Positions 8,721 to 14,722 of a stretch of 22,324 nt of DNA are shown piece by piece. The notes under the pieces were generated by a model that searched no databases, was not told the origin of the DNA, and saw nothing but the letters and a program-made list of their open reading frames with translations. How positions within the stretch are numbered: the stretch's first letter is position 1; every line of letters begins with the position of its first letter. Location: the NCBI GenBank assembly GCA_044352465.1, contig JBILDU010000046.1, positions 1-22,324 on the forward strand, read 5' to 3'. Source of the stretch: Bdellovibrionota bacterium. GTDB lineage: Bacteria > Bdellovibrionota_C > UBA2361. The translations under genes and the position numbers were made by a program.

Positions 8721-8785
8721 CGCCGAGCGGGAAAGGAATTGGGCCTGAGCGCCGAGCGGGAAAGGAGTCGGGCCTGAGCGGGAAA
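8721..8785. repeat. 29-bp tandem direct repeat, 2 copies plus a partial
   Basis: CGCCGAGCGGGAAAGGAATTGGGCCTGAG (8721-8749), CGCCGAGCGGGAAAGGAGTCGGGCCTGAG (8750-8778), then CGGGAAA. Confidence 0.85.
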
Positions 8786-8837
8786 CCAATAAGAGCTTTA
8801 ACGGATAAGAGCCCTTCGCCTGGCCATAATTCGAGTA

Positions 8838-8887
8838 GCCATAAAATGGCCTGCCATGAGCGAGCCCCGTAGGGGCGAGTCGAATGG
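8838..8887. repeat. REP-like palindromes abutting the tRNA-Ala 3' end
   Basis: GCCAT-AAA-ATGGC (8838-8850) and CCAT-GAGCGA-GCCCC-GTA-GGGGC-GAGTCGA-ATGG (8854-8887). Confidence 0.6.
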
Positions 8888-8957
8888 ACCCAAGCGGGAT
8901 CGAACCGCTGACCTCTACAATGCCATTGTAGCGCTCTACCAGCTGAGCTATGGGCCC
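8885..8957 (-). tRNA. tRNA-Ala(GGC)
   Basis: GGGCCCATAGCTCAGCTGGTAGAGCGCTACAATGGCATTGTAGAGGTCAGCGGTTCGATCCCGCTTGGGTCCA: full cloverleaf, anticodon GGC, G3:U70 alanine identity pair. CCA tail not encoded. Confidence 0.97.
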
Positions 8958-8989
8958 GAAGTGACCGGAAATACCCGGATTGCGTCGGA

Positions 8990-9018
8990 ATCTTAGTTGG
9001 AAACAGCGGATTTGTATA
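8990..9018 (-). promoter_or_regulatory. Sigma70-like promoter for tRNA-Ala
   Basis: Minus strand TATACA-N17-TAAGAT, 32 nt upstream of the tRNA. Confidence 0.5.
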
Positions 9019-9079
9019 GAGTCGCTAGGGCGAAAAAGTGCTTTAGACGCCTCCTATTTGGGGATGTATCCCCGCTCAT

Positions 9080-9106
9080 TTGCACAATTTCCTACACTTG
9101 TATAAT
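9080..9106 (+). promoter_or_regulatory. Sigma70-like promoter for the tRNA-Pro unit
   Basis: Perfect TATAAT at 9101-9106; TTGCAC at 9080-9085 (15-nt spacer, shorter than optimal). Confidence 0.55.
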
Positions 9107-9133
9107 CTCCCCAGGCTTGAGCCCGGTTTTAGC

Positions 9134-9170
9134 CGAGCTTTAGCAAAGACCGGTAGGGTGTTCCCTTGGG
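9134..9170 (+). pseudogene. Degenerate copy of the tRNA-Pro 5' half, ending at the anticodon
   Basis: CGAGCTTTAGCAAAGACCGGTAGGGTGTTCCCTTGGG versus tRNA 9286-9322 CGGGCTGTGGCGCAGACTGGTAGCGCGTTCCCTTGGG: 29/37 identical, no gaps. Confidence 0.8.
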
Positions 9171-9280
9171 TTCGCATGTCAGTAAGAGCAGAGCTCTTGA
9201 GACTCATGCGGATAACGACTTGATGGGTTCTCGCGACCATCAAGACGGCCCCAACCCGAGGCCAAATACCGGTGACCTTT
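9145..9280 (+). ncRNA. Candidate structured RNA leader (long stem closing a two-hairpin junction) upstream of tRNA-Pro
   Basis: Pairings: ACCGGTA 9149-9155 / TACCGGT 9267-9273; CCTTGGGTT 9164-9172 / AACCCGAGG 9253-9261; CGCATG 9173-9178 / CATGCG 9205-9210 enclosing AAGAGC-AGA-GCTCTT; CTTGATGG 9219-9226 / CCATCAAG 9237-9244. Confidence 0.5.
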
Positions 9281-9285
9281 CATTT

Positions 9286-9359
9286 CGGGCTGTGGCGCAG
9301 ACTGGTAGCGCGTTCCCTTGGGGTGGGAGAGGTCGGAGGTTCAAATCCTCTCAGCCCGA
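9286..9359 (+). tRNA. tRNA-Pro(GGG)
   Basis: CGGGCTGTGGCGCAGACTGGTAGCGCGTTCCCTTGGGGTGGGAGAGGTCGGAGGTTCAAATCCTCTCAGCCCGA: cloverleaf, C1-G72, A73, anticodon GGG. CCA tail not encoded. Confidence 0.97.
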
Positions 9360-9366
9360 TTCGTTT

Positions 9367-9528
9367 TATGCCTAGCCGCTTATACCTAGCCGAACTCGGC
9401 GAAGCCGAGATTGGGCTGACGGGCAGGGCGAAGCCCTGCAGCCGTCTCGGTGAATCCCCGAAAAAGATTTGAACCGACGACCTCGCAGAGGCTGACGAGG
9501 TAGCGCTCACGGAGCGAGCGACATCTTT
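9367..9528. repeat. Hairpin-rich tRNA trailer containing an inverted copy of the tRNA-Pro 3' half
   Basis: TATRCCTAGCCG twice; CTCGGC-GAA-GCCGAG; GCAGGGC-GAA-GCCCTGC; CCTCG/CGAGG; CGCTC-ACG-GAGCG. ATTGGGCTGA (9410-9419) and GATTTGAACCGACGACCTC (9466-9484) are complementary to 9351-9360 and 9329-9347. Confidence 0.75.
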
Positions 9529-9534
9529 AGTAAC

Positions 9535-10311
9535 CTATTTCGCGTGGCCGCCTCGCGAAAGCTCCCAAAGCTTCGCGTATTTCATGAAGACGTAATACGA
9601 TTCGAGCAGCGCGACGATTAATCCAGGCAGTCCCTCGCGAAATCCCCGCTTCACTAAGTAAAACTTGAGAAACCGGGCCGGCGGATTGAACAAGAGCTTT
9701 ATCATCGAGGCCTTCTTCCCGTTCTCGAACATCGAGCGGGCAGCGGTTGAGGAGTAGTTGTTCAGCGAACGAATCTGGTGTCCCATGTCGCTATAGGTGT
9801 AGTGGCGGAGCTCCCCCTTGAGCCGTTTGGTGCGCCCTACAACGGTTGCCTTTTCGTGTGGGTCTTTTCCTCCCCATGTGGTCGCTGCCCGACGGCAAAG
9901 CCGGAGGCGATATTCGGGGTACCATCCGCCCTTACGCCACCATCGGTTGAGATAGAAAACAACTCGGGAAAGCTGGAAACCATTCAACCCGTCCGAATGA
10001 GGGGGCTCAATGGCCCTCAGAATCTCGTCTCTCAGCTCTGGTGAGACCTCCTCATCAGCGTCCAAATTCAGAATCCACTCACCCCGACATTGCTCGAGGC
10101 CAAATTGCTTCTGAGCCACAAAACCTGGCCAGGGGCGCTCAAAGATACGCTGGGTGTATTCGCGACAGATTTCGAGGGTTTGATCGGTGCTACCGCTGTC
10201 GATGACGAGAATCTCGTCGCACCAGCGAACGCTCTCAAGGCAGCGCCGAATATTTCGCTCTTCGTTACAGCAAACGATGAATGCAGATATGAGCGGTGCG
10301 GTGGGCTCCAT
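9535..10311 (-). CDS. Glycosyltransferase family 2 (LPS-core beta-1,4-glucosyltransferase, WaaE/LgtF-like)
   Basis: ISAFIVCCNEERNIRRCLESV, VIDSGSTD, WPGFVAQKQF, WILNLDADE, GWYPEYRLRL, FLKFYLVKRGFREGLPG, KYAKLWE. Start at ATG 10311 (10329 is an alternative). Confidence 0.93.
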   Translation of the reverse strand: MEPTAPLISAFIVCCNEERNIRRCLESVRWCDEILVIDSGSTDQTLEICREYTQRIFERPWPGFVAQKQFGLEQCRGEWILNLDADEEVSPELRDEILRAIEPPHSDGLNGFQLSRVVFYLNRWWRKGGWYPEYRLRLCRRAATTWGGKDPHEKATVVGRTKRLKGELRHYTYSDMGHQIRSLNNYSSTAARSMFENGKKASMIKLLFNPPARFLKFYLVKRGFREGLPGLIVALLESYYVFMKYAKLWELSRGGHAK

Positions 10312-10636
10312 GGGAGTGCGAATAAACATCGGCGGCGAGGCTACCATACTTCGTATGGTTGGCGAACCGGCGGTTCGATTGGAGCGGCGGGGGCTTGAAA
10401 ATCGATCCCATTTAAAACCTTCTTGGAAACCCACCGGTTTCCCCGCAAGCCTGAGATTTGCTAGGCGAATCAATAGCTTGGTCGATAAAGAGCTCTTTGC
10501 ATCACCTCGACAAGCCCACCGAGACCGTGTATGACTGGAAAGCTCATAAAACTGGGCTGGAGATAGCAAAAAATCAGTCCTTCAAAGGGGGGAACTCTCC
10601 GGTTTGGTTCAACCGTTCTCAACTCTAAGTGGCTCT

Positions 10637-12454
10637 ATGAACATACTGGGTATATCCGCCTTTTATCACGATAGCGCTGCGTGTCTCGTGCGTGACGGAA
10701 AGATCGTCGCTGCGGCGCAGGAGGAGCGGTTTACCCGTAAAAAACACGACTTCAATTTCCCGAAACACGCATCGGACTTCTGCCTTAAATCGCAGAGCCT
10801 CGAGGTCAAAGACCTCGATTACGTCGTTTTTTATGATAAGCCGGTGCTCAAATTTGAGCGTCTTCTCGAAACGTACCTCACTACCTCACCGCAAGGCTTC
10901 ACCTCCTACGCAAAGGCGATGCCGTTGTGGCTGAAGCATAAGTTGTGGATTCCAGACACGATTAAGAACGAGCTTAATTACTCAGGCGAAATCCTTTTCA
11001 CGGAACACCACCAAAGCCATGCTGGAAGCGCTTTCTACCCGTCGCCTTTTCAGGAGGCGGCGATCTTAACGATCGATGGCGTAGGGGAGTGGACCACGAA
11101 CAGTCTTGGTATCGGTAGGGGTAACTCCTTCTCCCTCATCAAAGATATCAAGTTCCCTCATTCGCTTGGGCTCTTGTATTCAGCGTTCACCTATTTCACG
11201 GGATTCAAAGTGAATTCCGGCGAGTATAAAGTGATGGGGCTCGCCCCATACGGGGAGCCCAAGTACGTTCAGCCGATCTACGATAATCTGATCGATCTGA
11301 AGGAGGACGGCTCATTCCACCTCAATCTGAAGTACTTTAACTACATGGCCGGTCTCAGCATGACGACCGAAGAGTTCGGCGACATCTTCGGGGGGCCGCG
11401 GCGAAAGCCCGAATCCCCCCTGACCCAGCGCGAGATGGATCTGGCTCGCTCCATCCAGGAGGTGATCGAGGAGTGTATGTTGCGCCAGGCCCGTTTCCTT
11501 CATAAGGAGTCGGGCCTCGATAACCTGTGTCTCGCCGGCGGCGTGGCACTTAACTGCGTTGGCAACGGGAGGGTCCTTCGCGAGGGGCCGTTTAAGAATT
11601 TATGGATCCAACCTGCCGCAGGCGATGCCGGGGGGGCCCTCGGCGCGGCGCTATGTGTTTGGTACGGGTATCTCAACAATCCCCGTCTCACCGATAATCA
11701 GCGCGACTTCCAACAGGCGTCTCTGCTTGGGCCCGAGTACTCCAACGAAGAGGTCATGGAGAGCCTGAACAAACTCGGCGCGACTTATCATAAGATCGAT
11801 GGCGACGGCCTCTACTCAGGTGTGGCTGACTTGTTGGCTGAAGGGAAGGTCATCGGGTGGTTCCAAGGTCGGATGGAGTTTGGACCTCGTGCGCTGGGTG
11901 CGCGGAGTATCCTCGGCGATCCGCGCTCATCCGAGATGCAATCGAAGATGAACCTCAAGATTAAATTCCGCGAATCGTTTCGACCGTTCGCTCCAGCGGT
12001 GATGCGGGAGCGGGTATCCGATTATTTTGAGCTCGATGCGGATTCCCCTTACATGCTCTTGGTTGCGCCGGTAAAGCAGGAGCGGCGCCGGGCAATGACA
12101 CCTGAGCAAGAGAAGCTTTTTGGAATCGCAAAGCTTAACGTGCCCCGTTCTGATATCCCAGCGGTAACGCACGTCGACTACTCCGCCCGGGTTCAAACGG
12201 TGACGAAGGGGGAAAACCCCAATTTCTACCGGCTCCTTGCAGCCTTCGAGAAGAAGACCGGTTGTGCCGTTCTCGTGAACACAAGTTTTAACGTGCGCGG
12301 TGAGCCGATCGTTTGCACCCCAGAGGATGCCTACACATGTTTCATGCGAACAGAGATGGATTGTCTGGTGATAAACAACTTCCTGATGTTGAAGGAGGAG
12401 CAGCCCAAATGGCAGGACAAGGTGGAGTGGCAGAAGACATTCGAGCTAGATTGA
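10637..12454 (+). CDS. O-carbamoyltransferase (NodU/CmcH/TobZ family)
   Basis: MNILGISAFYHDSAA, EERFTRKKH, EHHQSHAGSAF, DGVGEW, SLGLLYS, GEYKVMGLAPYG, AGGVALN, QPAAGDAG, EFGPRALGARS, KFRESFRPFAP, NTSFNVRGEPIV. Confidence 0.96.
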   Translation: MNILGISAFYHDSAACLVRDGKIVAAAQEERFTRKKHDFNFPKHASDFCLKSQSLEVKDLDYVVFYDKPVLKFERLLETYLTTSPQGFTSYAKAMPLWLKHKLWIPDTIKNELNYSGEILFTEHHQSHAGSAFYPSPFQEAAILTIDGVGEWTTNSLGIGRGNSFSLIKDIKFPHSLGLLYSAFTYFTGFKVNSGEYKVMGLAPYGEPKYVQPIYDNLIDLKEDGSFHLNLKYFNYMAGLSMTTEEFGDIFGGPRRKPESPLTQREMDLARSIQEVIEECMLRQARFLHKESGLDNLCLAGGVALNCVGNGRVLREGPFKNLWIQPAAGDAGGALGAALCVWYGYLNNPRLTDNQRDFQQASLLGPEYSNEEVMESLNKLGATYHKIDGDGLYSGVADLLAEGKVIGWFQGRMEFGPRALGARSILGDPRSSEMQSKMNLKIKFRESFRPFAPAVMRERVSDYFELDADSPYMLLVAPVKQERRRAMTPEQEKLFGIAKLNVPRSDIPAVTHVDYSARVQTVTKGENPNFYRLLAAFEKKTGCAVLVNTSFNVRGEPIVCTPEDAYTCFMRTEMDCLVINNFLMLKEEQPKWQDKVEWQKTFELD

Positions 12455-12915
12455 CCCCAACGTCGATTGCGGTTGTGGCGGCTAAGCCTGTCGACCCACT
12501 GGACGAGTTGTCGTTTCGTAAGCCGATTCGGCAGCATGTTCGCGAGTTCGGGGCGCTCATCGGGTTGATACTGGTGCTGGTAGCGGCATACCTCGCGTGG
12601 CGAGAGCGCTCTCTTGCCACCGCGGGAGCGCTGGCCTTTGCCGGGTGCGCCTTATATGGAGTCGGTGCGCGCGCGCCTCAATTGCTCGTTGGCGTCTGGC
12701 GTGGCTGGATGCGATTCGCCGAGAAGATCGGTGTCGTTATGACGACGCTCATCCTCTCGGTTGGTTGGTTTCTCGTTGTTGTGCCGACGAGTATCGCGCT
12801 GAGGCTTTTTCGGATTAAGGTCATGGATACGACCTTTCGCTCCCCAGTACCCTCCTATTGGGAGACTCGGAACCCCAAGATGGACGATTTTAAGCTTCTT
12901 GAGCGTCAGTTTTGA
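12451..12915 (+). CDS. SxtJ-family membrane protein
   Basis: REFGALIG, W..W..FAEKIG.V....IL...WFLVVVP, SYW and a C-terminal ERQF; typical position after this carbamoyltransferase subfamily. The TTG start overlapping the upstream TGA is inferred. Confidence 0.8.
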   Translation: MTPTSIAVVAAKPVDPLDELSFRKPIRQHVREFGALIGLILVLVAAYLAWRERSLATAGALAFAGCALYGVGARAPQLLVGVWRGWMRFAEKIGVVMTTLILSVGWFLVVVPTSIALRLFRIKVMDTTFRSPVPSYWETRNPKMDDFKLLERQF

Positions 12916-13201
12916 CGGATTAAGACGTATCCAAGGCCATGCGGTACAGCAGCTGCGGGGCCGAACCGGCGCGAAATAAACACCGTCTTTTTGCCGAGTG
13001 AGTCTATAGTCTCATAGAGACCACTTAAATCTTCTTTTTTGTATCGAGGAGCAGTTTTGATTGAAATGCTCTCCCACTGTCGAGTAGAACCCTCATCATC
13101 TGATGTCGCCGCACCGGGCGACTTTATTTTGAGGTGTTATGGGTCAGACGGCGCATATCGGAAAGCTTGGCACATACGACGGGGGAGTTAAGCTTAAAGC
13201 T

Positions 13202-13600
13202 ATGACTGAGCCGGTTATTAAGGTCTTGTGTGTTGACGATAATCTCGCCGTAGCCGGGATGTTTGCTCTTTCCATCTCTCAAGAGCCTGACATGGATCAT
13301 GTCGGCACTCTGCATTCAGCTGATGGGCTCGGGGCTGCGATAGCCGAAAAGAGACCCTCAGTGGTGCTCCTTGATCTCTCGATGCCGGGCCGCGAACCGC
13401 TTGAGGTACTGGCGGAGGTTTCAGCAAGCTATCCCGATACCCGGGTGATCGTCTGCACGGGCTATGAGGACCCAGTCCTCGTTAGTAGAGCGATTGAGGC
13501 AGGCGCCTGGGGCTACGTCTGTAAAGACTCGACTCCTGAGGAGATCATGCGGGCGATTCGCGAAGTGAGCGCCGGCAGATTTGTGATGCCACCGGCATAG
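13202..13600 (+). CDS. Stand-alone response regulator receiver (NarL-type REC, no output domain)
   Basis: IKVLCVDD, VVLLDLSMPG, VIVCTGY, AGAWGYVCK; ends right after the REC domain. GGGGAG RBS before ATG 13202. Confidence 0.9.
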   Translation: MTEPVIKVLCVDDNLAVAGMFALSISQEPDMDHVGTLHSADGLGAAIAEKRPSVVLLDLSMPGREPLEVLAEVSASYPDTRVIVCTGYEDPVLVSRAIEAGAWGYVCKDSTPEEIMRAIREVSAGRFVMPPA

Positions 13601-13630
13601 GATGCAGTTGTTTCATCTTCTCCCGCATTT

Positions 13631-14299
13631 TTAACATTCCTTTCGAGGGAAGAGGGTGATGTCGCGGTCAAGCACACCCATCAACATTTCAGTGTAGCGC
13701 TCGCGCGGAACCTCGACCGCGCCAAACGAGTGAAAGAGGGGCGTCACCATTTGGCAATCGATCCATGAAACGTCGAGCGATTTGAGGTGGTCTACCAACC
13801 ACCACAGCGCGAGCTTTGAGGCATCGGATCTTTTAAAGAACATCGATTCTCCGGCAAAGAATCCCCCGATCGCGACCCCGTAGAGACCACCGACTAAATC
13901 GCCCTCGAAATAGCTCTCCACACTGTGGGCGAAACCAGCGCGGTGAAATTCGTTGTAGCCGCGCACCATCTGCTTGGTAATCCATGTCCCGGACTGTCCC
14001 GGGCGATGCGAGGAGAGCGCGCAGGCGGTGATTACTTCATCGAACCTCTTGTTGAATGAATACGACCAGCCCGGACGATTTCGCACCTTCTGGAGGGTCC
14101 GTCCGGGGCGGAAGTCCTTGAGGAAAAGCACACCTCGCTGGGGAGGGGAGAACCAGGCGAGCTGCCGCTCCCGAAGGGGCCATGGAAATATTCCGTTTCG
14201 ATAGGCGAGCAGTAACGATTCAGGCTCAAGGTCGCCCCCCACAGCAAGAAAACCGTTCTCATCGGCCTCGGAGAGGGGGGGAAACGCCTCGATAACCAT
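13631..14299 (-). CDS. aat: Leucyl/phenylalanyl-tRNA--protein transferase
   Basis: AVGGDLEPESLLLAYRNGIFPW, WFSPPQRGVL, TWIT, AHSVE, LVGGLYGV, FAGESMF, DASKLAL, IDCQ. Confidence 0.97.
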   Translation of the reverse strand: MVIEAFPPLSEADENGFLAVGGDLEPESLLLAYRNGIFPWPLRERQLAWFSPPQRGVLFLKDFRPGRTLQKVRNRPGWSYSFNKRFDEVITACALSSHRPGQSGTWITKQMVRGYNEFHRAGFAHSVESYFEGDLVGGLYGVAIGGFFAGESMFFKRSDASKLALWWLVDHLKSLDVSWIDCQMVTPLFHSFGAVEVPRERYTEMLMGVLDRDITLFPRKEC

Positions 14300-14411
14300 A
14301 CCGCACGTTCAACTCGTTATGTTTGATGTCCTCTTCTTAGGCTATACTAACTGTACCCGGTTTGCTTCTCCGGAGGGAGATGCAAGATGTTGGCAAAAGT
14401 AGGCACCGCTA

Positions 14412-14720
14412 ATGCCCAAACACGAGTCAGGCACCGAAACGGTTTCGAGGGAAGACACACGGATTAAAGAGCCGAGCCTCTTCCGCGTCATACTCTTGAA
14501 CGATGATTACACCACGATGGATTTTGTGGTTGCTATCCTTGAGACGGTCTTTAAGAAATCTCCGGCTGAGGCGGTTCAGATTATGCTTCAGGTACATCAA
14601 CGGGGTCAGGGGGTTTGCGGTGTTTTCCCGAAACAGATCGCCGAGGCAAAAGTCGCCCTGGTGCACGACCGGGCCCAACGAGAGGGGCACCCTTTACGTT
14701 GTATCCTTGAGGAGGCGTAA
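14412..14720 (+). CDS. clpS: ATP-dependent Clp protease adaptor ClpS
   Basis: VILLNDDYTTMDFVV, IMLQVHQRGQGVCGVF, AEAKV, GHPLRCILE. Confidence 0.98.
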   Translation: MPKHESGTETVSREDTRIKEPSLFRVILLNDDYTTMDFVVAILETVFKKSPAEAVQIMLQVHQRGQGVCGVFPKQIAEAKVALVHDRAQREGHPLRCILEEA

Positions 14721-14722
14721 CG

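Noticed and set aside
8721..8785. CRISPR array (29-bp repeats)
   Set aside because: The repeats are directly adjacent with no spacers, there are only two copies, and no cas genes are present.
9110..9285. 6S RNA, SRP RNA, T-box or Y RNA identity for the structured leader
   Set aside because: No SRP CAGG-GNRA-AGCA motif, no T-box UGGNACC bulge, no 6S-like rod with a central bubble, and no rsr/rtcB nearby.
9166..9510. Short ORFs of 66-76 aa overlapping tRNA-Pro
   Set aside because: They are translations of tRNA and hairpin sequence with no protein features.
10312..10569. 86-aa N-terminal extension of the GT2 given by the ORF track
   Set aside because: Non-ATG start, no domain-like content, and it covers the divergent promoter region with small hairpins; homology begins at ISAFIV.
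10637..12915. Saxitoxin biosynthesis
   Set aside because: SxtI/SxtJ-like pairs are widespread, and no sxtA, sxtG or other core genes are here.
12997..13040. Imperfect palindrome TGAGTCTATAGTCTCA and nearby T-run as an intrinsic terminator
   Set aside because: The stem is weak and AT-rich and the T-run is not adjacent; cannot distinguish terminator, operator or chance.
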